Of a stretch of DNA of 64,000 nt, positions 1 through 12,523 are shown one piece after another; the stretch's first letter is position 1, and every line of letters begins with the position of its first letter. Made by a program: the position numbers and the translations under genes. The notes beneath the pieces are model-generated. The model did not search any database. It was not told where the DNA came from and was given only the letters and a program-made list of their open reading frames with translations. The DNA is from Octopus bimaculoides (taxonomy: Eukaryota): positions 91,857,579 to 91,921,578 of the forward strand of contig NC_068983.1 in the NCBI RefSeq assembly GCF_001194135.2, given 5' to 3'.

Positions 1-159
1 TTTTTTTTTGGCAGAAACCCACGTTTCCAGCTATGGAGATTCTGAAGAAAAAAAACCTCTCCCACCCCATTTCTTCATTTTTCACTTTTTCCAGAAATTT
101 GTTTTCTTGTGAAATAAGTAGAGAAATACGGAGATTATGATTCTGAAATAAAATTGTTT

Positions 160-1370
160 GCATGTGCACTAAGTTTTAACATTCTGTTTACAGCAGTACT
201 TGGAAGGAAGGTATGTAGCATGCGATTGTTGCATTGACCATGACAGAGAAAGTTGTTATGGCAATACCTGCTCAGAGGCCAACACAAAGTTGCAGAAAGT
301 GTGTGAGCCGCACACAAGTGTACGGTTCAGACGTTTTCAAGATGGCCAAAAAAATGTCGATATTGATGAACGTTCTGAGAAAAACATCACTGATGTGCAT
401 GTGCCTGTGAGGAGAAATCATCGAATCACCATCCATGAGTTATCAGAGGATGTGCAAATTAGTTATGGCTTAGTTCAGTCCATTATCACGGAAGATTTGG
501 GTATAAGACAAGTATCTGCCAATTTTGTGCGAAAACTACTTTCAGCTGACCAAAAAGACACTCGAGTTTCAGTTGTACAAGATCTTGATTGCATCAAGAA
601 CGCAGAGTAAAGCTGCTTGGCACAGATTGACCTTAAACTCTGCTGTGCATGTGCACTAAGTTTTAACACTCTAGCTCACTTCTGCTGTTTACAGCAGTGC
701 TTGAAAGGAACTTGTGATCATCACATTGACCATAACAAAGAGATTTGAGCGACAATCTGCATCAAATTTTACCAAAAGCTTGGCGATACCTGCTCAGAGG
801 CCTATGTAAAGTTTTCATTATTTTCAACACAATCAAGGAGATCTTGTGCAACAGAAACCCGAGTGTCTTTTTGGTCAGCTGAAAGCAGTTTTCACACACA
901 TTTGGCAGATGCATGTCTCATATCAAAATCTTCAGTGATAATGCACTGAACTAAGCCATATCTAATCTGCACATCCTCTGATAACTCATGGATGGTCATT
1001 TGATGATTTCTCCTCACAACTGCATGCACATCTGCGATGTTTTTCTCAGTTGTTGTGGGTCTCCCAGAACATTCATCAATATCGACAATTTTTTGGCCAA
1101 CTTGGAAGTGTCTGAACCACTTGTGTGCAACTCATACACTCCTGTCCATACACTTTCTGCAACATTGCACTGGCTTCTGAGCATGTATCGCCATAACAAC
1201 TTTCTCTGTCATGGTTAATGCAACAATAACACATTACACACCTTCCTTCCAAGCACTACTTTAAACAGCGGCAGTGAGCTAGAATGTTAAAACTTAGTGC
1301 ACATGCACAGCAGAGTTCAAGGTCAGTCTGTGCCAAGTGGCTTCACTCTATGTGCTTTAGCTTCGTTACT
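160..1370. mobile_element. Three 5' fragments of one mariner element (two + strand, one inverted)
   Basis: ORF 200-610 reads like a mariner N-terminal DNA-binding region (RFRRFQDG...RITIHELSEDVQISYGLVQSII). The motif GCATGTGCACTAAGTTTTAAC occurs at 160 and ~647, and its reverse complement at ~1287-1307. 840-1370 is the reverse complement of the same element. Confidence 0.75.
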
Positions 1371-2953
1371 ATGGCAACAGTCCAGATACTTATTAATCAG
1401 ACTTCATATTGCAATAAAGCTTGCATCACATTCTTAGCTGAAAAGGTGTGACAATTAAGGGACAGTAATATTCACTTTGAAATTACCTAGAGTAAAGTTA
1501 GTAAAGTGACACCATATTTAATCAGCAGGTATGTCTGTAAGCTGTGCTGTGCTGAACTATATGAACTATTAAAATATCAAGGTAATTTGTTTGATAAGAG
1601 ATCTGAACTTAAGTTGAAATGTTTGCATTATAGTCTACTATAATGCAAATATTTCAACTTAAGTTCATTTACTTGAAACTTGCTACATGTTTACTGGTAA
1701 CAAACTATATCTCTCTCCTAGTAATTAATTTGATTGGTTCTGTAATTTTTTAACCCATTGTGTACCTATGTTACTGTTAACTACATACTATATTGTCATA
1801 TGTGCTGCGGGTATTGCTGCATTACATAATATTATTGTGGTATAACCTCATTATGGACTTAATCTCCCTCTCTCATTTATATTTATATACAAACATACAT
1901 ATGTGTGTGTGTATAAACATACATACATATATATGAGTGTGTGTATATATTTATATATATATCTTAATATATAAAACAAAGTTTGTGTATGTGTGTGTGT
2001 GTGTGTGTGTGTGTTCTTTATGGATTCAAAAACTGAGATGCTGATTTTGACATATGAGGCGTCAAAAGAGTCAATAATCCTTTGGCTACCAAATAAAGTA
2101 TGCTTTTTGCACAGCTCTCTTATACTACAAAAATAACCTCGAAAATAAGGTTGGGTCGCACAATTTTGAGGTCTTTAGCTAAGGGAGGCAACTCTGCCTG
2201 AACAATCTTTATGTCTTACATAGAGCATAATGATAAAATGCTTAAATTACATGGAGTTTTACCAGGAAATGAAACTTTGAAGATATACCATCAAATTTAT
2301 TAGTATTATTTAGTAGATAATCTTTTAATGTGAAGTATGTTTGTGTTTTGTTTAGCCCAGAGTTGCCTCTGATGTAGCAGACCCATCGCATAGTTCTTTT
2401 GTTGAAAGTGTGTATTTTAAGAGAGATTTGGTTGCTATTTGTAGTAGCTCAAGTTACCACAGACACACCTCTCTGTATGCATGTGTTTGTGTGTGTGTGT
2501 GTGTGTGTGCATGTTCTGCTGTGGTGAAAAATATACGTTTCTCAGAATATTTTGCACAATAATTTTTACAGAAATCTGGACATCTTTCTTACTACTAACC
2601 ACACAACTTCAAATTACAATTGTTAATTGTTGGAAGTTAAGTAGACTGAGATGTACATATAGTGTTATCATATAGAGTGGAAGTTTAATTTGAAGTTTGA
2701 ACTCATTATCTTGTGATTAGTAATCCATTACCTTAAATTTGAAGTTATTAAGTCTTTAAACATTATTTTACTGGGCTTAGTTTTTCGACTGGGGTATCAC
2801 CTTCAAAAATTTAAATGATCATACTGACCTCAGTACATATTCCAATCTGGCATTTATCTTATATATCTCTGCTTGATGAACTTTGAGAAACAGTGAGACA
2901 CAATACTCGATTTAACAACAAATGTAAACACACACACACACACACACACATTA

Positions 2954-3092
2954 GGTACAAGATTTACTGTGTGGTTGAGAAGTTTGCTTCCAAACCACAT
3001 GGTTCTATGTTCAGTCCCTCTGCATGATACCTTTTTGACTATAGCCCTAGGCCAACCATAAACTTGTGACTGAATTTGGTAGACAGAAACAG
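2954..3092 (+). mobile_element. Decayed tRNA-derived SINE, 5' half
   Basis: CTGTGTGGTTGAGAAGTTTGCTTCCAAACCACATGGTTCTATGTTCAGTCCC has a tRNA-like head with a degenerate B box. A similar copy lies at ~38960-39115. Confidence 0.6.
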
Positions 3093-3215
3093 CAGCATTG
3101 TTCAGCAGATTATGACTGAAAAATATGTTTATAAAGAAGAGTTGTTGGCTTCTTACTCCTCATGTGTCAATTCTGCCCATAAGAAAGAAACAAGTAATAC
3201 AATGTGGCTGTAGCT

Positions 3216-3500
3216 CAGTGGTTCTCAAAGTGGGTGGTATTGCCCCTGGGGGGGGGGGGGAAGTGGGGCGATAATGGGGAAGCGACTCATGTAAAAAGTG
3301 GGGTGATAATGGGATAGCAATTCGTGTAAAAACAACAAAATAATGGGTTCATTAGGTTAAGTTTTATTTATGAAATACAGTTGCTTTGAATTTGCTTCAG
3401 AAAGAGGTTTATGTTTGTGATGGTTAGTTGGAGTGGGGGCACTAGGAATGTGGCTTGGGTTCCAAGGGGGCAGCAGCCTGAAAACGTTTGGGAACCACTG
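3216..3500. mobile_element. hAT (Charlie-type) MITE
   Basis: TIRs are CAGTGGTTCTCAAA and TTTGGGAACCACTG. The 8-bp target duplication CTGTAGCT / CTGTAGAT matches at 7 of 8 positions. Confidence 0.8.
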
Positions 3501-3504
3501 CTGT

Positions 3505-4680
3505 AGATCATAACAACTGGGCAATGCCAGGGTGCATTGCTCACCCATGCTGCCACACTTGCCCTTACATCTACAACACCACCCTCCTCACAGGCACCCA
3601 TCATCGACCCTATCATATCACTGACTCCTTCACCTGCACTTCTAGCAACATCATCTACTGCATCTCCTGCTCTCTCTCTCTCTCTGTCCTTTTCTATACA
3701 TCGGTCAAACGGGATGCCACTTGGCTGATCGGTTCAATGAACACCTCCGAGACATCAGACTCGGCAATGACACCCCAGTCACGTGCCATTTCTGCTCTAC
3801 CGGTCACTCTTTACAACACCTGTCTGTGTTCAGATTGTCCTTGCACAGGGGCCATCCAGACTCCCATCTTTGCAGTGAGTAGGGATTAACCTTCTCTCTT
3901 CGCTCCTTTGTGCCACATGGGCTCAACTCTCCTCCCCTCTTCATCTAACCCTCCTCCTCTCTCCTCTCGTCCTCTCACACCNNNNNNNNNNNNNNNNNNN
4001 NNNNNNNNNNNNNNNNNNNNNNNNNNNNNNNNNNNNNNNNNNNNNNNNNNNNNNNNNNNNNNNNNNNNNNNNNNNNNNNNNNNNNNNNNNNNNNNNNNNN
4101 NNNNNNCCACCCTCTCCTTTCATTGTCACCCTCCCTCATTACCCCACCCCTACACATTCCAACCCCACCATCCCTATACATCCTATTCCACTCCACCCCA
4201 TCCCTTAGACCCCCACCCTTGCTTCCCCCACTCTCGCCTGCCCCACACCCCACACCACCATACCACACCACATTACATCACATCACTCTGCACACACTGG
4301 CACTGACCCCTTCCCAGCACCTACACCATCATCCACACACGCATACGTTAAGGTTACCAGCCCCCTTCCACACGCACATACACACTCTCACATACACATG
4401 CACGCACACCTTCGTTTTGGGATCACCACTTATTTATCATCTCCCCTTCTTCCCAGCTCTCCTGTGTGACCCCTCTGCCCGGCATTCACCATGATAGATC
4501 GCTAACCACTAAACCTTTTTCTATTTTCTCTCCCTGTTTATTTCTGTGTTACTTTCTGTCGAAAAGCATAAGCTCGAAACGTAAAAGACTTTCTCGCTTC
4601 CCGAGTGTTAAATGAATACATCTGTTTGTTGTTTATACACCTGTCTTCGTCTTTTGTTTTTTTGTAAATTCTCACTATAT
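3505..4680 (+). mobile_element. Penelope-like element, 3' fragment (GIY-YIG remnant plus C/A-rich 3' region and terminal motif)
   Basis: ORF 3488-3889 contains HITDSFTCTSSNIIYCISCS. Near-identical sequence recurs at ~8160-9250. Confidence 0.8.
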
Positions 4681-4699
4681 ATTACATGCTCACGTGGTG

Positions 4700-5744
4700 A
4701 CACGAGTTTTATCCTTCTACACCTCATAACACTTTGAACTTTTCTTGGACTATTCTACCTGGAGTTTCTTCTTTTCTCCTACACTTCGGCTGCACATCTC
4801 CTACCCATTTGAACTTTTGAACTTTTCTAAACTTTTTTGTGCTTTCTGCTTTTTCCTATTGTCATTTCTCTCAATCTGCACTTGTTACCTTGCCTCTCTC
4901 TCCCTCCCTTTTTCCCCCTTTTGTCTTCTCTTCTCCCTTTCTTCCCCTTTCTCTTTGTTTCTTCCTTCTTCCTCCTTCTTTCTCTCCTTATTTTTATGTT
5001 TTCTTCTCCTCCCATCTCTTGTATTTTTTCTCCTCACACCATTTGCATTTTTTCTCCTCATGCATTTCGCATTTTTTCTCCCCACACCTTTTGAATTTTC
5101 CCTCCTCATGTCTTTATTTGCCTTTCTCTCGCCCCCTTTTTTCCTTTTTTCTCTTTTCTCTCTCTTTTCTTTTCGTTTTTCAATCATGCCCGATTACAAA
5201 CCTTTCCTGCTCCACCTTCACCACTGCCTAAAACAATACCTTTCAGCACTTTCTTTCCACTGCTTTCAACCTTCTATTAACCTTTCCCTACTAATTTTCC
5301 AAAATCACGCTTCTCCAGCCACCTTTCCTTTCTCAGTTGCTGCCGTCATCACTGCCTCATTCCTAAAGGTTTCCGCCTCCATTTCCACCCCATTCTCTAC
5401 TCTGCTTTAACCATCCAACCCATATTCTGTACTACATCTTATCGCCTTAAATGCGCCACCATTCATTCTAATCTCTCCAAAATACACAAAACAACTGCCT
5501 TCTCCCTCTTGCTTTTTCCACCTTCTTCTCCTCATTCGCCCTCCCACTAATTTACGTTACATAATTCATTTAAATCATCTCTTTCATCAATTTCTCGCTC
5601 ACACCAAACAATGTAAATTCCACTCACTCCTCCATTCCATCACACCCGATGCTACTACCCCAACTCCTTCCCTACCCTCTCTCCTTCCCTGATATTCTCC
5701 CCCACCCTCACCAACCCCTCGTCCTTCCAACCCCACCCACATGC
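4700..5744 (+). mobile_element. Penelope-like element, pyrimidine-rich 5' region and ORF N-terminus remnant
   Basis: An in-frame FLSCCRHHCLIPKGFRLHFHP at ~5330-5392 resembles the IPKG motif near Penelope ORF N-termini. 4820-4910 is repeated at ~6670-6760. Confidence 0.55.
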
Positions 5745-6659
5745 NNNNNNNNNNNNNNNNNNNNNNNNNNNNNNNNNNNNNNNNNNNNNNNNNNNNNNNN
5801 NNNNNNNNNNNNNNNNNNNNNNNNNNNNNNNNNNNNNNNNNNNNNNNNNNNNNNNNNNNNNNNNNNNNNNNNNNNNNNNNNNNNNNNNNNNNNNNNNNNN
5901 NNNNNNNNNNNNNNNNNNNNNNNNNNNNNNNNNNNNNNNNNNNNNNNNNNNNNNNNNNNNNNNNNNNNNNNNNNNNNNNNNNNNNNNNNNNNNNNNNNNN
6001 NNNNNNNNNNNNNNNNNNNNNNNNNNNNNNNNNNNNNNNNNNNNNNNNNNNNNNNNNNNNNNNNNNNNNNNNNNNNNNNNNNNNNNNNNNNNNNNNNNNN
6101 NNNNNNNNNNNNNNNNNNNNNNNNNNNNNNNNNNNNNNNNNNNNNNNNNNNNNNNNNNNNNNNNNNNNNNNNNNNNNNNNNNNNNNNNNNNNNNNNNNNN
6201 NNNNNNNNNNNNNNNNNNNNNNNNNNNNNNNNNNNNNNNNNNNNNNNNNNNNNNNNNNNNNNNNNNNNNNNNNNNNNNNNNNNNNNNNNNNNNNNNNNNN
6301 NNNNNNNNNNNNNNNNNNNNNNNNNNNNNNNNNNNNNNNNNNNNNNNNNNNNNNNNNNNNNNNNNNNNNNNNNNNNNNNNNNNNNNNNNNNNNNNNNNNN
6401 NNNNNNNNNNNNNNNNNNNNNNNNNNNNNNNNNNNNNNNNNNNNNNNNNNNNNNNNNNNNNNNNNNNNNNNNNNNNNNNNNNNNNNNNNNNNNNNNNNNN
6501 NNNNNNNNNNNNNNNNNNNNNNNNNNNNNNNNNNNNNNNNNNNNNNNNNNNNNNNNNNNNNNNNNNNNNNNNNNNNNNNNNNNNNNNNNNNNNNNNNNNN
6601 NNNNNNNNNNNNNNNNNNNNNNNNNNNNNNNNNNNNNNNNNNNNNNNNNNNNNNNCCAC

Positions 6660-9250
6660 CCCATTAAGACTTTTCTAAACTTTTTTGTACTTTTTGCTTT
6701 TTCCTATTGTCGTTTCTCTCAATCTGCACTTGTTACCTTGCCTCTCCCTCCCTCCCATTCTTTTTCCCTTTTGTCTCATCCACCCCTTCTCTTTGGCTGA
6801 CCGGTTCGTGGAACACCTCCGAGACATTAGACTCGGCAATGACACCCTAGTCTCATGCCATTTCCGTTCTACCGGTCACTCTTTACAACACCTGTCTGTG
6901 TTTGGATTGTCCTTGCACAAGGCCGATCCGGATTCCCATCTTCGCTGTGAGTAGGGATTAATCTTCTCTCTTCACTCCTTTGCGCCATATAGGCTCAACT
7001 CTCCTCCCCTCTTTATCTAACCTCCTCCTCTCTTCCTCACACACTTACTTTCTCCCACCCACCTCTCCTCTCTTGCTATGGCACCACCAACCTCTCCTCT
7101 CTTGCAACTGTCCCACCAAACTCATCTCCAGATATCTTGACCATGTCCTTGCCCCCTACTGGCTTCTCTCCCCTCTCACATCCATGGCACCAACCATGCT
7201 CTTCGTTTGTTCTACTCTTTCACCTTCTCTAAACTTCTTGTCACTCTTGACATCAAGAGTCTATACACGGTGATCCCTCACCACGAGGGGTTGCATGCAC
7301 TCCAACATTTCCTTGACCTCCAACCCAGCCCCCAACCTGGCACATCCACACTCATTCGTCTGGCCGAACTTGTCCTCTCACTCAACTGCTTCTCATTCGC
7401 TGGTGATTTTTATCAGTAGTTCTCAGGGGTGGCCATGGGAATGAGAATGGGTCCCAACTATGCAAACCTGTTCATTGGCTATGTTGAGGCCCAAATATTC
7501 TCAAGTTTCACTATATTGACGACTGTATCAGTGCAACCTCACTCTCCCATGAACATCTAGACTCCTTCCTCTCTTTTGTCAAAGCTTTCCATCCCACCCT
7601 CCACTTTTCCTGCACTATTTCCGACACCTCAGTCATCTTTCTCGACATTTCGGTCAGCATTCATTACTCCACTCTCACCACCTCCATCCACTACAAACAC
7701 ACAGACTCACACTCACATCTCAACTTCTCCTCCTCCCACCCTAAACATACCATGCTCTCCATCCCCTATTCCCAATTCCTCCATCTACACAGGCTCTGCA
7801 GTGACGACCATGACTTTCAGACTCAATCTCAACTCATGGCTCGCCACTTCATCCTATGTGGATATCCCCTCACCACTATCCACACCACCCTTGCCAGAGC
7901 ACGTTCCTTGGACTGTGCAACTGCTCTCTCCCCCTGCACCCACAGCACCATCTCCCGTTTTCCGTCCCCTACCAACCCACCATTCTACCTCTCCAACGCA
8001 CCATTCTCCGAGCCTTCTGGCAACTCCAATCCAACCCCTCCACTTCACACATCTTCCCTAACCGACCCCTCCCTTCCTTCAAACGAGCCCACAACCTACG
8101 AGACCTCTTGGTCCACAGCTTCTTCCCTAACCCAACCTCCCTCATTCCCTGCACCCACCCATGCTGCCGCACTTGCCCTTACCTCTCCAACACTACTACC
8201 CTCCTCACAGGCACCCATCATCAACCCTATCATATCACTGACTCCTTCACCTGCACTTCTAGCAACATCATCTACTGCATCTCCTGCTCTCTCTGTCCTT
8301 CTCTATACATTGGTCAAATGGGACGCCGCTTGGCTGACCGGTTCGTGGAACACCTCCAAGACATCAGACTCGGCAATGACACCCCAGTCACGTGCCATTT
8401 CTGCTCTACCGGTCACTCTTTACAACACCTGTCTGTGTTCAGATTGTCCTTGCACAGGGGTCATCTGGATTCCCATCTTTGCCGTGAGCAGGGATTAATT
8501 TTCTCTCTTCACTCCTTTGCACCACATGGGCTCAACTCTCTTCCCCTCTTCATCTAACCTCCTCCTCTCTTCCTCACACACATACTTCCTTCCACCCACC
8601 TCTCCTCTCTTGTTCTGGTACCTACTTCCTCTCTTCACTCCTACCCACCTTATCCCTTCCACCCTCTCCCTTCATCGTCACCCCCTCCCTCGTTACGCTA
8701 CCCCTACACATTCCAACCCCACCATCCCTATACATCCAATCCCTGAGACCCCACCCTTGCTACCCCCACCCTCACCTCCCCCACACACCCATACCACACA
8801 TCCACACCTCACCACACCATACCACACATGCACACCTCACCACACCACACCAAATCACATCACTCCGCACATACTAACACTGACCAATTCTCAGCACCCA
8901 CCCAGCGCACGCACTAGCACTGACCACTTCTCAGTACCTACACCATCATCCACACCCCTACACATGCACACACGCACACACATCTTCGTTTTGGGATCAC
9001 CACTATTTTGTTATCTACCCTTCTTCCCAGCTCTCCTGTGTGACCCCTCTGTCTGGCATTCACCATGATAGATCACTAGCAACTAAACCTTTTTCTATTT
9101 TCTCTTCCTGTTTATTTCTTCGTTCCTTTCTGTTGAAGAGCATTGGATCGAAACATGAAAGACTTTCTCACTTCCCGAATGTTAAACTAATGCATCTGTT
9201 TGTTGTTTACACACCTGTCTTTGTCTTTTGCTTTTTTGTAAATTCTCATT
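6660..9250 (+). mobile_element. Penelope-like element, rearranged, with frameshifted RT and GIY-YIG endonuclease
   Basis: RT motifs include LVTLDIKSLYTVIPH, GVAMGMRMGPNYANLF and YIDD. YIGQMGRRLADRFVEHLQDIR (ORF 7856-8557) is the endonuclease. An extra endonuclease 3' piece lies at 6790-6960. Confidence 0.85.
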
Positions 9251-9744
9251 ATATATATATATATATATAGATATATCAGGTCATCCCATAAGTTCTCTCC
9301 GATTTTACCTGTTTTAAAATTGAATGAAATTTAATAGTATTTTAGAATGTCTAATGGAATTTAAAATTATTTTTATGCATTTGTGTACATTTTAACAAAT
9401 TAAATATTATTTTACAGAAGGATAGAATTGTAGTAACGCCTGCGCATGCGTAGTCTTACGCATGCGTAGAATTAAACAAGCAAGCGTTTTTTCTCTTTCT
9501 CGCTGGCCAGCGATTGAGCATGGACGTGTGTTTTAAGCTGTCTCTACATCTTTCGGTCATACACTCGACAGCTCGTTATTCTCACCTCTAAAGATGTATA
9601 ACTAAAGATATGTATGTTTACCACCTAAATAAATGTTGTTTAAGTTGTTTAGCCTGGAGTTCAGCGTCCCGTTTATATTCTATAATTTTATAGTCGAAAG
9701 TCAAGTATACAATCTAAAGATGTATAACCCACTTTCTACTAAAG

Positions 9745-9759
9745 TGGTGACCCCCGACG
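9745..9759 (+). promoter_or_regulatory. Primer-binding site complementary to the tRNA-Trp 3' end
   Basis: TGGTGACCCCCGACG versus TGGTGACCCCGACG, the complement of the tRNA-Trp(CCA) end ...CGTCGGGGTCACCA (one extra C). It lies 2 nt after the LTR. Confidence 0.7.
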
Positions 9760-10425
9760 AAGAAAAAACGCAGCATAGACTCTGGACTACCAACTTATAA
9801 CTGGTGAACCTCGACTAAAAGAACAAATACGGCCATGGAGACTGACTCATTACCAACATCTCCAACCATAGTCAACACGACTCAACAAGAGCGGTTTTTA
9901 TTCTCGCCTCTGTTAGAGTGGATTTTTTTCCACTCATGAAAAACAGACAGGAATACGGCCTGTTTTTTATTATGTTTTTATATATGTCGCATTCACACTC
10001 TCACATTACACATACATCTTTTATGCCACACAATAACTCTTGTCATTCATTTCATACGGTCGTTCTTTCATCTTGGGTTAAGAAAATTTTTCTTCGAGGT
10101 TTTCGCTAATGGTCGTACAGAGATTTGTCTGTCGATCGTTCTGTAAAAGCGTACCTCTTCAAACACTCATCACCAAACAGCCTTTTCGCCACCAGCGTCG
10201 AGCGCCAACCAAGATTACCACCGTGACGACAACAATTACTACTACCAACTACAAGCATTCCCCCCGACGTCGCCAAGTTTCAACAGATCATTACCACTGT
10301 CAACATCATTGCCACCACACATACAGAACACAGCTATAGCAGTTCCTGCGCCGACGTCTTCATCAATGTACTCTATCTCGGTGTTTTGGGATTTTCTTGC
10401 AGTCTATACTACAGACACTTTCATT

Positions 10426-10745
10426 TGTTCTGTGTTTTTTCTCACACACACACTTGTGCACTCATACATTTTCTTTCCTTTCAGGGAAAACAAACACTCA
10501 AGACTTTTACATCGCATGATTCCAGTTTCCTGGACAGTTGTCATCACGGTTGTTTTGTCATTGTCATTTCATTTATACATTGCATGTTCTGTGTTTTTTC
10601 TCACACACACACTTGTGCACTCATACATTTTTTTTCCTTTCAGGGAAAACAAACACACAGACTTTTACATCGCGTGATTCCAGTATTCCTGGACAGTTGT
10701 CATCACGGTTGTTTTGTCATTGTCATTTCATTTATACGTTGCATG
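10426..10745 (+). repeat. Tandem duplication, two units of about 160 bp
   Basis: TGTTCTGTGTTTTTTCTCACACACACACTTGTGCACTC begins at 10426 and at 10585. Confidence 0.85.
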
Positions 10746-11262
10746 CATGTATTTCACAAGTGTACTTTTCATTTCTTTGAATTTTCTTTGTGTGTGTTTG
10801 TACCACATCTTGTGGGTGGTTTTTCAGTGGCCATCCTGCCTCAGGCGTTCTAACAGATTTCATTTATCGTGCGTTTCCGCTCTGTAGTAACGCCTGCGCA
10901 TGCGTAGTCTTAGGCATGCGTAGAATTAAACAAGCAAGCGTTTCCCGCTCAATTCATTCTCTTTCTCGCTGGCCAGCGATTGAGCATGGACGTGTGTTTA
11001 AAGCTGTCTCTACATCTTTCGGTCTTACACTCGACAGCTCGTTATTCTCACCTCTAAAGATGTATAACTAAAGATATGTATGTTTTACCACCTAAATAGC
11101 GTCCGTCTATTTCTTTAATTTTATAGTAGAAAGTCAGGTATACAATCTAAAGATGTATAACCCACTTTCTACTAAAGAATTAAAATTTCTTTGATTAAAA
11201 NNNNNNNNNNTATACAATCTAAAGATGTATAACCCACTTTCTACTAAAGAATTAAAATTTCT

Positions 11263-12190
11263 TTGATTAAAACCCTTTCTAATATGGAAGTATCCAAAGA
11301 GCATTTGAGGTACATAATGCTTTATGAGTACATAAAAGGAAACTCTGCAGCTGAAGCAACTCGAAACATACACTCAGTTTATGGGAAAGAATGCTTGAAT
11401 GAAAGAACTTGCAGAAGATGGTTTGCAAAATTCAGAAGTGGAGATTTCAGCCTTGAAGATGATGATCGAACAGGACTTCGAGTTGAGTTTGATGATAAGC
11501 TCCTTGAGGCATTACTTGAAGAAAATCCTGCATTATCCGTTGAAGAATTGGCAATAAAGCTTAGTTCAAACCATACACCTGTTCATTGTCATCTTCAACA
11601 ACTTGGAAAATGGGTGCCCCATGAATTGTCTGGAAACAACTGCAAATCCCGAGTTGACATCTGCTCTTCTCTCCATTCTTGCGAACTCATTTCACCCTTT
11701 TTGGATAGACTGGTGAGGAAAAATGGATCTTCTGTCGAAATGTTAAGGGAACTTCATGGAAAAAAGGTTCTTCTCTCTATCTGGTGGGATTGCAAATGAG
11801 TAATTCACTTTGAATTGTTACCACCTAATGCAATAATCAATGCTCAAGTCTACTGTCAGCAATTAGAGCATTTGAACCAAGCTTTGAAGTAAAAAAGACC
11901 CGCTTTAGTGAATCATAAAGGAGTGATGTTTCATCAGAACAATGGGCGACCCCACACTGCAAAGATCACATCTCAGAAGATTGAAGAGCTTGGTTGGAAA
12001 AAATTACTCATCCACCTTATTCTCCTGACCTTGCTCCTTCAGACTACCATTTGTCTTGTAGTTTACAGAATCATTTGGGGGACATAACTTATGCAAGCCA
12101 GGAGGAGGTCGAAACTGATATTTCAGAGTTCTTCACTTTGAAACCAAAAGAGTTTTACATTGAAGGGATTAAAAAACTTGTAAATAGATA
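11263..12190 (+). pseudogene. Mariner (Mos1/Hsmar-like) transposase, disrupted by stops and frameshifts
   Basis: HLRYIMLYEY...RTCRRWFAKFRSGDFSLED (HTH), KWVPHEL, LSIWWD and HPPYSPDLAPSDYHL. Confidence 0.9.
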
Positions 12191-12523
12191 GAAGGAAGTC
12201 ATAGATAATCAGGGAAAGTACAATGATGATTAAATTTCAATTGAATATAACATGTGATCACTTGTTTTCTTTATTCAAAATTCAGACAGAACTTATGGGA
12301 TGACCTGATATATAGGTTATGTTTAAAATTAAAGTTGAGATAGGAGACTTTAAAATGAAGTATCCAAACCTTGTTTTGGGTACGTCCCTAGTAGTGTGCC
12401 TTGAGAGCACATTTACCACATGTGTCATCCATTGCACTGCACTTTAGTTGCAGGATCTATGTAAGGAATTTCTTGGTGCATGTTTAGTGTATTTCAAATA
12501 ATTGATAGGGAAGACACAGTGTA

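Larger units (their letters stand above)
9429..11175 (+). mobile_element. Non-coding LTR retroelement (TRIM-like) with LTRs at 9429-9742 and 10883-11175
   Basis: About 300-bp direct repeats both start TGTAGTAACGCC and end CTACTAA. The TSD is AGAAT (9424-9428 and 11176-11180), and a PBS follows the 5' LTR. No pol motifs were seen internally. Confidence 0.75.
9276..12308 (+). mobile_element. Mariner DNA transposon with intact TIRs, carrying an LTR-element insertion
   Basis: Perfect 21-bp TIRs TCAGGTCATCCCATAAGTTCT at 9276-9296 and 12288-12308, each flanked by TA. Confidence 0.9.

Noticed and set aside
4745-5410. 221-aa ORF and overlapping F/S/L-rich or K/R/E-rich ORFs
   Set aside because: These are translations of a CT-rich low-complexity tract within a Penelope 5' region.
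5649-6800. Long ORFs here and at 57658-58733 and 59464-59939
   Set aside because: They consist mostly of X from N gaps.
9476-9550. Possible 7SK-like or other structured ncRNA in the CpG-rich LTR
   Set aside because: No recognisable RNA family motif; the duplication is explained by LTR structure.
11139-11272. Apparent tandem repeat across the 10-N gap (same pattern at 28740-28817)
   Set aside because: Identical sequence on both sides of a 10-N gap is typical of unmerged contig overlap.
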